Shown in pieces: positions 9,582-19,037 of a stretch of 64,000 nucleotides of DNA; position 1 is the first letter of the stretch; each line of letters begins with the position of its first letter. The position numbers were made by a program, and so were the translations under genes. Under the pieces are notes generated by a model. The model was not told the DNA's origin. It saw only the letters and a program-made list of their open reading frames with translations, and did not search any database. Location: IMG/VR virus record IMGVR_UViG_3300027749_002876, positions 62,001 to 126,000 of that record; one strand, 5' to 3'.

Positions 9582-10232
9582 ATGGAAAAAACAATAGCAC
9601 TATTCATTAATCATCCCGAATGCTCTCAAGATTGTTGCGACGGTATGATACAGTCACTTGGACAAGACTATAATATCAAACTATTTAGGGTCAATGAATG
9701 TAATAGTGAAACATTATCATCAGTTGATATGGTCGCATTTCCAGGTGGTATTGGTGATGCCAGTTCATATGATAAATTTTTTAGAAGAAAAGCACAAAAT
9801 GCTGTAGCAGATTATGTGCAACAAGGTGGACGATATTTAGGAATATGTATGGGTGCGTATTGGGCTGGAAGTTATTACTTTGACATACTTGATAATGTTG
9901 ATGCTGTGCAGTACATACGACAACCAACTAGTGATATCAAACGATCCTATAGCACTATTGCGTCAATTAACTGGAACAACCAATCTGAAGATATGTTTTT
10001 TTATGACGGGTGTGCATTAGTTGGTGACACTAGTAAATTTAAAACTATTGCAACTTATGCAAACGGTGATGCGATGGCTATCATACAAAACAGAATAGGC
10101 TTGATAGGATGTCATCCTGAAAGCCAAGAGTACTGGTACAAAGAACCCAGGCAATATATTAATCAATACTGGCATCAAGGCAAACATCATTCGTTACTAT
10201 TAGAATTTGTCAATCAGTTGATGACACAATAG
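9582..10232 (+). CDS. Class I glutamine amidotransferase-like (BPL_N-type) protein
   Basis: FPGG, GGRYLGICMGAY nucleophile elbow, GCHPE. Confidence 0.8.
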   Translation: MEKTIALFINHPECSQDCCDGMIQSLGQDYNIKLFRVNECNSETLSSVDMVAFPGGIGDASSYDKFFRRKAQNAVADYVQQGGRYLGICMGAYWAGSYYFDILDNVDAVQYIRQPTSDIKRSYSTIASINWNNQSEDMFFYDGCALVGDTSKFKTIATYANGDAMAIIQNRIGLIGCHPESQEYWYKEPRQYINQYWHQGKHHSLLLEFVNQLMTQ

Positions 10233-10252
10233 TTAGAGTATAGAAATCAATA

Positions 10253-10274
10253 GAGCCCCAAAAGGGGCTTTTTT
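10253..10274 (+). terminator. Rho-independent terminator
   Basis: AGCCCC-AAAA-GGGGCT followed by a T-tract. Confidence 0.85.
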
Positions 10275-10282
10275 AATGGCTA

Positions 10283-10437
10283 AAAATGAGTACTTTTGTA
10301 TCTCAAAAAGGTAAACTTTAGTACTCATTTTCACCTCCCAGGTGCTTCAAAATCGCTAGAGGTTTTAGGGACGCATACTGACACACTTCTATCGGAATTC
10401 GCCAAAACTTGACAATAAATTGTTTTGGGTGTATGAT
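10283..10437 (+). repeat. Non-coding element, copy A (inverted copy at 41916-42060), ending in an early promoter
   Basis: 19-nt exact core GCTTCAAAATCGCTAGAGG; about 78% identity over ~118 nt by manual alignment. Confidence 0.9.
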
Positions 10438-10467
10438 GCAGTTTTACACACACATGGAGTTAGTTAA

Positions 10468-10983
10468 ATGAGCAAAGTACTAATTGGCTTAGCAACTATA
10501 TCAGCGGTTGCAATTCTAGGAGTTCAACAATATCAACTTGCTACCATCTCAGAAGATGTAGCCGAAATCAAACAAGCCTTCATTGCACAAACCACCGAAC
10601 GTGTTTCATATAGTGAAAGTGATGAAGCATGTCTTGCTAAAAATATTTACTACGAAGCCGGTATTGAAAGTGACCATGGTAAGTATGCTGTAGCACAAGT
10701 TACACTAAACCGATTGAAGACAGGTCGTTGGGGTGATACAATTTGTAGCGTGGTCTATTCCAAAGCACAGTTTAGTTGGACATTAAAAAAGAAACTAGAA
10801 AAACCCAATGGTCAAGCATGGGCTGATAGTCAATGGATTGCTCATAGAGTATTGGGAGGTGAGCGTGTGCCTCCTCTCAGTGAAGCCATTTTTTACCATG
10901 CTGATTATGTAAGTCCGTATTGGAAGAGTAGTGTTGTAAAAATACAACAAGTTGGCCAGCATATCTTCTATACCAAAATTTGA
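10468..10983 (+). CDS. Cell-wall hydrolase (SleB/Hydrolase_2 family)
   Basis: CLAKNIYYEA, AVAQVTLNR, TICSVVY..AQFSW, FYHADYVSP.W, GQHIFY; N-terminal anchor. Confidence 0.92.
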   Translation: MSKVLIGLATISAVAILGVQQYQLATISEDVAEIKQAFIAQTTERVSYSESDEACLAKNIYYEAGIESDHGKYAVAQVTLNRLKTGRWGDTICSVVYSKAQFSWTLKKKLEKPNGQAWADSQWIAHRVLGGERVPPLSEAIFYHADYVSPYWKSSVVKIQQVGQHIFYTKI

Positions 10984-11035
10984 CAATAAATCGTTTTGGG
11001 CTTATAATAGAATCTTAAACAGTAAAGAAAAGGAC
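10980..11035 (+). promoter_or_regulatory. Early promoter cassette
   Basis: TTGACAATAAAT...TATAATAGAATCTTAAACAGTAAAGAAAAGGA. Confidence 0.9.
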
Positions 11036-11040
11036 TAGAA

Positions 11041-11313
11041 ATGACACAAGTTTATGATCGTTTGACAGAGCAGGAAAAACGTGAAGTTCGTATGTATGGC
11101 GTTACCGAAGCAGGTATGCGTGAATCTATAGAACAAAGTATTACTTTTAAATTCTCAGGTCCTGCAATGATCGCCGCTAGCCTGATGAGTGACGCCCAGG
11201 AAATGATTAATCCTGAATACGGTGATGTTGACTATATGCGAGCCGAGGATGCCCGTCAATGTCTGAATCGTGCCAAATGGGTTCTCTTTGAATATGTCAT
11301 GTCCAAAACTTGA
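11041..11313 (+). CDS. Early hypothetical protein
   Basis: Promoter and SD upstream; stop codon lies in the next -35. Confidence 0.75.
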   Translation: MTQVYDRLTEQEKREVRMYGVTEAGMRESIEQSITFKFSGPAMIAASLMSDAQEMINPEYGDVDYMRAEDARQCLNRAKWVLFEYVMSKT

Positions 11314-11365
11314 CAATAAATAGGTATTCTGCTATAATAGAATCTTAGACAGTCAAACAAAGGAT
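11310..11365 (+). promoter_or_regulatory. Early promoter cassette
   Basis: TTGACAATAAAT...TATAATAGAATCTTAGACAG...AAGGA. Confidence 0.9.
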
Positions 11366-11370
11366 ACAAA

Positions 11371-11538
11371 ATGCAAATCGCAACAGCAATCAAAGTAATA
11401 CAAAAAGATGCAGAATTCTTGGGTATGGGTTTCTTGGAAATGATGCAGTTTATTCAAAAAGACCCATTAGCACAAACACACAAAACATTAGAAGCATACA
11501 ATGTAATTAAGTTTGCAGGTGCTAAGTTTTTTGCCTAA
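11371..11538 (+). CDS. Early hypothetical protein, 55 aa (MQIATAIKVIQKDAEFLG...), not in the ORF track
   Basis: AAGGA SD; fills the gap between two promoters. Confidence 0.75.
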   Translation: MQIATAIKVIQKDAEFLGMGFLEMMQFIQKDPLAQTHKTLEAYNVIKFAGAKFFA

Positions 11539-11540
11539 AT

Positions 11541-11593
11541 TTGACAATAAATCAAATTGGGTATATAATAGAGTCTTATTCAATCAAAAGGAA
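11541..11593 (+). promoter_or_regulatory. Early promoter cassette
   Basis: TTGACAATAAAT...TATAATAGAGTCTT. Confidence 0.9.
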
Positions 11594-11598
11594 ACAAA

Positions 11599-11946
11599 AT
11601 GTTAGTAGTCCATAAATTTCTCAAAACCGATGGCAAGGGTTACTGGTCACAAGTTGTTAGATCCGTTAAAGTTACAGGTTTTGACCTGGACTACGTGAAT
11701 GAAGAAGGTGACTTTGGTGAGTTGCGTGTATACTTTGATACTAAGTATTGGGACGTTAACAGTATGGGCCTGATCTATACTGACAAACAATTCCTGAAAG
11801 AATTGAAAACACTGTTGGCCGAACAACATCTCGGTACTGACGTTTCATATTCCGAGCAAGGTATGCAAGGTGATACTTTTGTATCACTGGATTGCGGATC
11901 CGAATTCATCAAATCTTTCCAAAATTTGCTTACAGTGGAACTGTGA
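11599..11946 (+). CDS. Early hypothetical protein
   Basis: SD and promoter upstream. Confidence 0.75.
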   Translation: MLVVHKFLKTDGKGYWSQVVRSVKVTGFDLDYVNEEGDFGELRVYFDTKYWDVNSMGLIYTDKQFLKELKTLLAEQHLGTDVSYSEQGMQGDTFVSLDCGSEFIKSFQNLLTVEL

Positions 11947-11959
11947 AAGGTAATACTAA

Positions 11960-12181
11960 ATGACTAAATTTGAAAACCTCCAGGAACTATTGTCTTTGCT
12001 CAACGAAGCGCAGGATTTGATTGAAGAAATTTACGGTGATGCAGACGAGGCTTTTGACATGTCCATCAACCTTAGTAATGTCATCTCCGATGTAGAGGTT
12101 GAGATAGATTTTGAGGACATTAAACTTGACCAAAATTTGACAATAAATGGTGTTCCTGTTATAATAGAATCTAGACAATAA
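11960..12181 (+). CDS. Acidic hypothetical protein whose 3' end reads through the next promoter
   Basis: AAGGT SD; Asp/Glu-rich. Confidence 0.65.
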   Translation: MTKFENLQELLSLLNEAQDLIEEIYGDADEAFDMSINLSNVISDVEVEIDFEDIKLDQNLTINGVPVIIESRQ

Positions 12182-12190
12182 AGAAAAGGA
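12137..12190 (+). promoter_or_regulatory. Early promoter cassette
   Basis: TTGACAATAAAT...TATAATAGAATCT. Confidence 0.88.
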
Positions 12191-12196
12191 CTCAAA

Positions 12197-12469
12197 ATGC
12201 GTACAAAAACTATCATTGACGGCTTCAATAACTCACAAAAATTCCGTGTAATTTTTAAGGGTGACGGAAGCGAAAACGATATCGGTATGTACTTGACTAT
12301 CAAGCAAATGTCCGAGCAATTTGCTACAGTTAACGCCCGCACACTTTGCTGGGATGCTATGCTTAAATTGTCTTATTTGCGTTATGAAGCCAAGCGCAAA
12401 AATGAGACAGTTCCGACAGGTCTCGGTGACACATTTAGGGGCAAACAAGTCCAAGTTGACTTGGTATAA
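12197..12469 (+). CDS. Early hypothetical protein
   Basis: AAGGA SD. Confidence 0.75.
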   Translation: MRTKTIIDGFNNSQKFRVIFKGDGSENDIGMYLTIKQMSEQFATVNARTLCWDAMLKLSYLRYEAKRKNETVPTGLGDTFRGKQVQVDLV

Positions 12470-12528
12470 AAGGTTGACAATAAATCACTTTGGGTATATA
12501 ATAGAATCTTAAACAGTAAAGAAACGGA
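12468..12528 (+). repeat. ~60-bp promoter direct repeat, identical to 12814-12874
   Basis: AAAAGGTTGACAATAAATCACTTTGGGTATATAATAGAATCTTAAACAGTAAAGAAACGGA present twice. Confidence 0.95.
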
Positions 12529-12534
12529 GTTAAT

Positions 12535-12810
12535 ATGAAAAAATCACTAATTGCAACATTGTTATTAGTATCAGGAATTGCTCATGCTGGAATTGAGCAG
12601 CCGCTTCAACAAGCAATTAACCAAGTAGGATCATCATGTGATAAGGTAACTCAAGTTTTTCAGAGTAGCGGGACATATAATATGTACAGTGTTGCATGTT
12701 CCGGTGGACAAACATATATGGTTCTAGTTAAACCTGAAACTAATTCAGCTAAGGTTATGACATGCCGAGAAATGGCAATGATTGGTACAAAGTGTTTTGT
12801 CAAATTGTAA
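12535..12810 (+). CDS. Small secreted protein with four Cys
   Basis: Signal peptide ending in AHA; flanked by the identical repeats. Confidence 0.75.
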   Translation: MKKSLIATLLLVSGIAHAGIEQPLQQAINQVGSSCDKVTQVFQSSGTYNMYSVACSGGQTYMVLVKPETNSAKVMTCREMAMIGTKCFVKL

Positions 12811-12813
12811 TTT

Positions 12814-12874
12814 AAAAGGTTGACAATAAATCACTTTGGGTATATAATAGAATCTTAAACAGTAAAGAAACGGA
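12814..12874 (+). repeat. Second copy of the ~60-bp promoter repeat
   Basis: Identical to 12468-12528. Confidence 0.95.
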
Positions 12875-12881
12875 ACACAAA

Positions 12882-13364
12882 ATGGCAACTCGCTCAACAA
12901 TCGCTCTCGAATTCGCTGATGGTACTATTGGTCAAGTATATTGTCACTGGGATGGTTACTTGGCTCACAACGGTAAAATGTTGCAGGAGTATTATTCTAA
13001 CCCCTTTGTTTTGCGTGACTTGATTGACCTCGGTGGGTTGTCTGGCTTGCGCCCAACAATCGGTACAAAACATCCCTTCAGTATGTACGAAGCAAACATG
13101 ACACAGGATGAATACGCTAACCTGTATCGTGACATGTGTACATTCTATGGCCGTGATCGTGGCGAAGGCGAATCTGATGCAAATTACTTCAAGGACTTTG
13201 CAGACTTCAAAGACAATGGTCAAGCTGAAGAATACGATTACATCCTGCGTAACGTGAATGGCGTTGCTACTTGGTTCGTATCCGATCATGGTGGAGACTA
13301 CATGTTGTTGACTGAGGCATTTGCTAAAGAAGCCGAAGCAGAAAAAGAAGAATTGCCCTTATAA
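12882..13364 (+). CDS. Conserved phage hypothetical protein
   Basis: MATRS.I...VYCHWDGY, YGRDRGE, EEYDY motifs. Confidence 0.8.
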   Translation: MATRSTIALEFADGTIGQVYCHWDGYLAHNGKMLQEYYSNPFVLRDLIDLGGLSGLRPTIGTKHPFSMYEANMTQDEYANLYRDMCTFYGRDRGEGESDANYFKDFADFKDNGQAEEYDYILRNVNGVATWFVSDHGGDYMLLTEAFAKEAEAEKEELPL

Positions 13365-13373
13365 GGAATAATA

Positions 13374-13703
13374 ATGGAAGCAGTAGTAGAAACAACAGTT
13401 TGGAATGATAGCAACCTTGCTAATCATACATACTTATTTGACGGAATGAAAATGGTTGCGTACATCAAGGTTGGTTCTACTACACCATTCTATTTCAAAA
13501 AGCCTATCACAATCGACAAGCGCGGCCGTAAGTTTACACCAGTTAAGCCAAATCCCTTCAAGGAAGTGAAAGAAAAGAGTACAATCATCAAAGTGTCCGG
13601 TAGTAAAGGCAATGTCTATTCTATTGACACTGAAGCTAACACCTGCTCTTGTATGGGGTTTCAGTTTAGGGCAACCTGTAAACACATAATGGAGTTAGTA
13701 TGA
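13374..13703 (+). CDS. SWIM zinc-finger protein
   Basis: GSKGNVY...CSCMGFQFRATCKH. Confidence 0.8.
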   Translation: MEAVVETTVWNDSNLANHTYLFDGMKMVAYIKVGSTTPFYFKKPITIDKRGRKFTPVKPNPFKEVKEKSTIIKVSGSKGNVYSIDTEANTCSCMGFQFRATCKHIMELV

Positions 13704-13861
13704 ATTACAAAACAAATTGGACACAGAATTACAGTACATGGCAAGTGCCATCCAATAGTAAATCTATTGAAGAAACACAGGAACAAATTGTTGAAGCTTT
13801 TGTAGAAGCTAGTGAGCTCCGTGAAGCAAACAGTGTAATTGATTATATTAAGTCACTATGA
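13700..13861 (+). CDS. Hypothetical protein, 53 aa (not in the ORF track)
   Basis: ATGA overlaps on both sides; GGAG SD. Confidence 0.6.
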   Translation: MNYKTNWTQNYSTWQVPSNSKSIEETQEQIVEAFVEASELREANSVIDYIKSL

Positions 13862-14169
13862 TACCCGACAAGTTTAGGCCACAGTCAATCGGTAAACGCT
13901 ACCTCATGCGTGAACGATTGAAGGGGCAAAAAGGTAGTTTTATGTACAATTGGCAAAGCCGTGTTATGTGGAGACCAGTTGTCTACAAACTAAATAAATT
14001 AACACTTAGTAGACAATTTGGTATACTTCATTATCTTGCTTGTCATGCACCAATTCCAATTCAAAAAAAGTGGAAGAATGCATATAGTGTTTTTCACGAT
14101 AAACATTTTGGATCAGTTAAGGCAAGTATGCGTTATTTGAACCAATGGAGTTGTCACAATTGGTTATGA
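13858..14169 (+). CDS. Hypothetical protein
   Basis: Translationally coupled ORF. Confidence 0.6.
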   Translation: MIPDKFRPQSIGKRYLMRERLKGQKGSFMYNWQSRVMWRPVVYKLNKLTLSRQFGILHYLACHAPIPIQKKWKNAYSVFHDKHFGSVKASMRYLNQWSCHNWL

Positions 14170-14351
14170 AAAATTCTTTACCCGTAATTGCACTTGTGTT
14201 AATTGCAGTACTCATTCTGTCTTATACAGGGCTTCCCCGTAATTCAGAAAGGGTGTATAATTGTAGTTTAGTAGAGATAAGCCCTGACTTCCCATTAGAA
14301 GTCAAACAAAAATGTAGAGAATTAAAATATGAAAATCGCACTATGCAGTGA
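14166..14351 (+). CDS. Small membrane protein
   Basis: Hydrophobic N-terminus; YNC...SPDFP..V..KC. Confidence 0.6.
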   Translation: MKNSLPVIALVLIAVLILSYTGLPRNSERVYNCSLVEISPDFPLEVKQKCRELKYENRTMQ

Positions 14352-15177
14352 CCTGCACTTAGAGTTTCAGGACATCAACCTCAAAAACACAGAAAATGCT
14401 GAGGTACTCATCCTATCGGGTGATATTATGGTTGCAGAAGACCTGCACAATCATCCAGAGATGGATTATGGAATGTATAGTAATGTCAATATTGCTGACC
14501 TAGGTCGTAGACAACAAGTAGCATTACGATTCCGTGACTTCCTCAAGCGTTGCAGTTTTCAGTTTCCGCATGTTATCTACATTGCAGGCAATCACGAATT
14601 CTATCATGGAAGATGGAAGGCTAGCTTAGATCACCTTCGTGAAGAATGTGCAAAGTTTCCTAATGTTTACTTTTTGGAAAATGATATTAAGGTTATCAAT
14701 CAAGTGTCCTTTATTGGTGCTACATTGTGGACTGATTGCAACAAGGGTGATCCATTAACATTGCATGCCTTGACTGACATGATGAATGACTTTAGAATCA
14801 TTCGTAATGATGAGCATGGGTACACCAAGTTGCGACCAGCACATATAATGCATCGCCATCAACAAACACTATCATATTTGAAAGCAGTATTGCCTGATAT
14901 GAAGGACAAAAAAGTTGTGTTCGTAGGACATCATGGTCCTTCTGCAATGAGTACACATCCTAGGTATATAAATGAATACTTAATGAATGGTGGTTATCGT
15001 AGTGAATTGAGTGAGATGATTTTGGATAATCCTCAGATTGTTCTTTGGACTCACGGTCACATGCACGACCCATTTGACTACATGATTGGTACTACCAGAG
15101 TGGTATGCAATCCTCGTGGTTATGCGGGCCATGATCCTCAAGCAGATGTGTTTGAGTTAAAGTTTTTGGAAATCTAA
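14329..15177 (+). CDS. Calcineurin-like metallophosphoesterase
   Basis: SDLH, GD, GNHE, GHH.P, HGHMH, NPRGY. Confidence 0.9.
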   Translation: MKIALCSDLHLEFQDINLKNTENAEVLILSGDIMVAEDLHNHPEMDYGMYSNVNIADLGRRQQVALRFRDFLKRCSFQFPHVIYIAGNHEFYHGRWKASLDHLREECAKFPNVYFLENDIKVINQVSFIGATLWTDCNKGDPLTLHALTDMMNDFRIIRNDEHGYTKLRPAHIMHRHQQTLSYLKAVLPDMKDKKVVFVGHHGPSAMSTHPRYINEYLMNGGYRSELSEMILDNPQIVLWTHGHMHDPFDYMIGTTRVVCNPRGYAGHDPQADVFELKFLEI

Positions 15178-15272
15178 TTAAAACAAGGTGTCCAGAATAT
15201 GTTGTATGATATAAGAAAGTATCGTATAATCATAACACGCTGTGAAAATAGCGAATTTTTAAGGAAAACAAA

Positions 15273-15533
15273 ATGAATGTAACTAAGCAAACAGCCTTAC
15301 TCAAGGCACTAAAGAACGGTGAAGAACTCACCGCAAAGCAAATCACCAGCCGTTTTGGTATTGCTAATCCAACAGCAACCGTGAGCGACCTTCGCATCCG
15401 CGGTGGTTTTGCTGTTTACGCTAACAAGCGTACAAACAAGCGTGGTGAGACCTTCACCAAGTATCGTTTGGGTACACCAACTCGTGCAGTTGTAGCCGCA
15501 GGTTACAAGGCTATGAGTATGGGTCTAGTTTAA
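15273..15533 (+). CDS. Winged-HTH DNA-binding protein
   Basis: LL.AL..G..LTAKQI..RFG...PTA.VS.LR. Confidence 0.65.
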   Translation: MNVTKQTALLKALKNGEELTAKQITSRFGIANPTATVSDLRIRGGFAVYANKRTNKRGETFTKYRLGTPTRAVVAAGYKAMSMGLV

Positions 15534-15552
15534 TCTCTTTTTGAGGTAAAAC

Positions 15553-15574
15553 AAAAGGGCATTCGTGCCCTTTT
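15553..15574. terminator. Bidirectional terminator
   Basis: AAAAGGGCA-TTCG-TGCCCTTTT. Confidence 0.85.
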
Positions 15575-15648
15575 CCTGCATGTATTACTTGCAATTAATT
15601 CAAAAGTATGTTATAATAGTGCATACGTAATTTCTACAGGAGCAATCA

Positions 15649-16164
15649 ATGAGTTTCTTTCACAGAGTAATGAATAAATTAGGACGATATCGTTTGATTC
15701 CTGATCGTAGAACAGGTCTTGATTATATGCATCGCTACTATTTGTTTTTGAAAGATCGCAAATGGTTCCCCTTCAATGTTACATTGCACAAAATTGTACG
15801 CAGTGATGATCCTATCATGCATGATCATCCCTGGCCTTATTTGACTATTGTGCTTAAAGGTGGTTACTGGGAACATACCCCTGTTTTTGATAATGACGGC
15901 AAAATGCTCACTGAGTTTCAAACATGGCGTGGTCCTGGTAGTTTTATCAAGCGTGGTGCTGGGGAATTTCATTGGCTTGAACTTGAAGAAGGTGCAACAG
16001 CAACTACTCTTTTCTTTATGGGCTCACAACAGCGAGAATGGGGATTCTTAACTAGTACAAAATCAGGAAAAAATCGCTGGGTAAAACATGATTACTACTT
16101 AACTGATTGGAAACCATATCACGAAAAATATGTAATGTCTAGGGGTAGCAGGAAACAAAAATGA
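15649..16164 (+). CDS. Cupin-fold hypothetical protein
   Basis: HDHPW...GGYWE...FHWLEL; sigma70 promoter at 15589-15617. Confidence 0.7.
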   Translation: MSFFHRVMNKLGRYRLIPDRRTGLDYMHRYYLFLKDRKWFPFNVTLHKIVRSDDPIMHDHPWPYLTIVLKGGYWEHTPVFDNDGKMLTEFQTWRGPGSFIKRGAGEFHWLELEEGATATTLFFMGSQQREWGFLTSTKSGKNRWVKHDYYLTDWKPYHEKYVMSRGSRKQK

Positions 16165-16319
16165 TAGTAAATATTTTGGTCACAGTATTTTTTGGTTATT
16201 TATTAGTGACTAACGATTACACCATTAGACCTAAATGGATATATTACATAGATGGAACTATTTTTGCAATTAACTTTGCAACTGTAGTTAAGTACTTAAC
16301 AGAAATGTTTGGATATTAA
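16161..16319 (+). CDS. Small membrane protein, 52 aa (not in the ORF track)
   Basis: ATGA overlap; hydrophobic. Confidence 0.5.
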   Translation: MIVNILVTVFFGYLLVTNDYTIRPKWIYYIDGTIFAINFATVVKYLTEMFGY

Positions 16320-16320
16320 T

Positions 16321-16602
16321 ATGAATGAAGATACCAGAGAAATTTTAATTATTCTGCAAGAAGAATGTGCTGAAGTTATTGTAGAGGTTAGTAAGTGTTT
16401 TAGATTTGGACCTGACCAAATGATGGAAGGTGTCGATGTTACCAATATACAACGACTACAAAAAGAATTAGGTGACCTCCAAGCAATGATTGAATTATTA
16501 GTTGATAACAAAGTAGGCGTCACTACACAGGGACTCAAAGAAGCTAAGAAAGCTAAATTTGAGAAATTAAAACAATGGTCTAGTATCATTATTAATAAAT
16601 AA
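16321..16602 (+). CDS. MazG-like NTP pyrophosphohydrolase
   Basis: LQEECAEV...LQKELGDL. Confidence 0.75.
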   Translation: MNEDTREILIILQEECAEVIVEVSKCFRFGPDQMMEGVDVTNIQRLQKELGDLQAMIELLVDNKVGVTTQGLKEAKKAKFEKLKQWSSIIINK

Positions 16603-16608
16603 GCTATT

Positions 16609-16974
16609 ATGTTTGAATCTCTTATCCTCGTAATAGTAGCTGTTATTGGTTATAATATTGGACTGTCGGTGACTGCTTATCGTTTACGATATTTAATTCA
16701 CAAAGAAGCCAAACGATTGGGTTTAGATAAAAGTGATGGCATTAATGTGTTTGAAGAAGCAGACCCAGAAGTATCTCAATTGGTTGTTGAAAAAACAAAT
16801 GACACACTATATCTTTACGATATAAATCACTCATTTATTTGTCAAGGTAAAACAATTGGTGAGTTAGCTATACTAGCAAAACAATACAAGAACATTAAAT
16901 ACGCCGCTGTCTTGTACGATGAAAATGCATATGGATTTATTGATGGTGTAGTTAAAACAGAAAAGAAGCAATAA
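16609..16974 (+). CDS. Membrane-anchored hypothetical protein
   Basis: N-terminal TM segment. Confidence 0.65.
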   Translation: MFESLILVIVAVIGYNIGLSVTAYRLRYLIHKEAKRLGLDKSDGINVFEEADPEVSQLVVEKTNDTLYLYDINHSFICQGKTIGELAILAKQYKNIKYAAVLYDENAYGFIDGVVKTEKKQ

Positions 16975-16975
16975 A

Positions 16976-17515
16976 GTGAAAGTTAAAATAGGTCCCTTTC
17001 CTAAAAAGGGCAGTCGCAGAAAAATTAATGTGCAGATAGATGATTTCGATACGTGGAGCTTTGACCACACACTTGCAAACATTATCTATCCTGCATTATT
17101 ACAACTCAAAGCAACCAAGCATGGAGTACCCGGTGGACTAGTAGAAGATGTAGGCGGGGAAGATTGGACCGATCAAACCAGCTTTGACTTCTATAAAGAA
17201 ACACATGATGAATCTTGGGAGATAGCAAGCAAACAATGGGACGAGATACTAGACAAAATGATCTGGTCATTCCATCAACTTGTAGTAGATGATTACAATG
17301 AAAAATACCATCATGGTAGTAGTGAGTATGATTGGGTTAAGAGCGACAAAACATTCCCTAATCCTATTACAGGTAAGATAGAACCAACATATCAAATGGT
17401 AGATAAAAATCCCGGTCAACACTTCTTTGACGCAACCGGATTATTCTTGCATGAAGAACGAATCCAAGAAGGTCTAGAATTGTTTGGTAAATATTATAGA
17501 AGTTTGTGGGATTAA
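16976..17515 (+). CDS. Conserved phage hypothetical protein
   Basis: DTWS.DHTLA.II.P.L..LK, GL.LFGKYY..LWD. Confidence 0.75.
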   Translation: MKVKIGPFPKKGSRRKINVQIDDFDTWSFDHTLANIIYPALLQLKATKHGVPGGLVEDVGGEDWTDQTSFDFYKETHDESWEIASKQWDEILDKMIWSFHQLVVDDYNEKYHHGSSEYDWVKSDKTFPNPITGKIEPTYQMVDKNPGQHFFDATGLFLHEERIQEGLELFGKYYRSLWD

Positions 17516-17516
17516 T

Positions 17517-17756
17517 ATGTTTGATAAAATGACACAGCAATTAAACATACAGACACTGGGTAGGGGTAAAAAGAATTTTACTATCTCTAAACAAGAATTT
17601 GAAGATTTTTGCAAAGAGTTTCTATTTGAACAAATTAAAGGTGACTATAATATAGGTGAAGCCTTTTGTCAAAAGTATGACGAACCAAATTATGTACTAA
17701 GTATATTACCCAATCATAGTGCAAAAGCACACATTAAAAAGTTTTACGTAAAATGA
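17517..17756 (+). CDS. Hypothetical protein
   Basis: In-operon ORF. Confidence 0.6.
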   Translation: MFDKMTQQLNIQTLGRGKKNFTISKQEFEDFCKEFLFEQIKGDYNIGEAFCQKYDEPNYVLSILPNHSAKAHIKKFYVK

Positions 17757-18073
17757 CACACTTAGTTACAGAAAATTGCATTAAATGCAAGCACACAGAC
17801 TGTGTGGACGTTTGCCCGGTAGATTGTTTTTATGAGGGGCCTAACTTTCTTGTCATCAATCCCGATGAGTGTATCGATTGTGCAGTATGCATTCCTGAAT
17901 GTCCTGTAGGAGCAATTAGTGCCCAAGAAGATGTGCCCAATGCTACTATTTGGTTTGACATTAATATGAGGTTAAGTAAGAAATGGCCCGTCATCACTAA
18001 GAAAAAATCTGCATTGCCTGATGCGGAAGAGTGGAAAGATAAACCTAACAAAATTAATTTACTAGAAGAATGA
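17753..18073 (+). CDS. fdxA: 7Fe ferredoxin (FdxA-type)
   Basis: [22 protein letters not shown]...[12 protein letters not shown]. Confidence 0.93.
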   Translation: MTHLVTENCIKCKHTDCVDVCPVDCFYEGPNFLVINPDECIDCAVCIPECPVGAISAQEDVPNATIWFDINMRLSKKWPVITKKKSALPDAEEWKDKPNKINLLEE

Positions 18074-18591
18074 AACAAAAATTTATTGACTACTACATGG
18101 ATGTAGCAGAACGAACAAGCAAACTATCAAGTGCTATTCGTAGACAAGTGGGAGCAGTTATTGTGAAAGATAATCGTATTCTCAGTTATGGTTACAATGG
18201 TATGCCAACTGGATGGGATAACACTTGTGAATACAAAGACTATATGAGCGGTGATGCCGGGGGTTGGCTTGACGCAAACGAGATTGAAGAACGATGGCCC
18301 TTTGAAGAATATAGTGAACAATATGAATCTAATCGCAGATATCGGTTAGTCACTAAGGACGAAGTACTCCACGCTGAAAGTAATTCAATTGCTAAAGTGT
18401 CCGGGTCAAATGAATCTAGCGAAGATGCTACACTATTCGTAACAACTGCACCCTGCATTCATTGTGCTAAGATGATTTTTCAATCTGGTATCAAAACTGT
18501 ATTCTATCGTGATACTTACCGCGATGAAACAGGGATAGAATTTTTAACAAAAGGCGGCGTTAGTGTCACCAGATACCCAGTACAAGACTGA
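18070..18591 (+). CDS. dCMP deaminase
   Basis: GYNG, HAE, PCIHC. Confidence 0.92.
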   Translation: MKQKFIDYYMDVAERTSKLSSAIRRQVGAVIVKDNRILSYGYNGMPTGWDNTCEYKDYMSGDAGGWLDANEIEERWPFEEYSEQYESNRRYRLVTKDEVLHAESNSIAKVSGSNESSEDATLFVTTAPCIHCAKMIFQSGIKTVFYRDTYRDETGIEFLTKGGVSVTRYPVQD

Positions 18592-18763
18592 AATCTCAAT
18601 TGGCTATGGTCAATTGAAGCCAGTCATTGACTGGTGTCAGAGAAACAGCGTCTATGATTGGGGATATGATTGTAAATTCCCTGCAGGACGTGATGCAGGA
18701 CTATATGATTTTTACTTTGAAACTGAGTCAGACTATTTAAACTTTATACTGTGGAAAAAATGA
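18563..18763 (+). CDS. Hypothetical protein
   Basis: In-operon ORF. Confidence 0.55.
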   Translation: MSPDTQYKTEISIGYGQLKPVIDWCQRNSVYDWGYDCKFPAGRDAGLYDFYFETESDYLNFILWKK

Positions 18764-19035
18764 AATACTATACCTTTTACCGTGAGAATAATAATTTTGA
18801 TGATATCTTAAACGATGCTATGCTCAAAAAATCTATCGATGAGATCATACGATGGTCTCAATATCTAATTATTGGGTTACATGAAACTACAAAGAATAAT
18901 CAAAATAATAGTTACATCACATTAAAATATGGTGATGAAATGAAAAATAATTTAGTTAAAGATTATAGTCCTATACCCGGGGTCGATTATATCCCTAAGG
19001 AAGATTTATCTAGATATAAACAAGTAGTTGAATAA
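18760..19035 (+). CDS. Hypothetical protein
   Basis: In-operon ORF. Confidence 0.55.
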   Translation: MKYYTFYRENNNFDDILNDAMLKKSIDEIIRWSQYLIIGLHETTKNNQNNSYITLKYGDEMKNNLVKDYSPIPGVDYIPKEDLSRYKQVVE

Positions 19036-19037
19036 AC

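Noticed and set aside
10980-12880. Regularly recurring repeats resembling a CRISPR array or attC sites
   Set aside because: The repeats are -35/-10 promoters with SDs separated by whole genes; no cas or integrase gene is present
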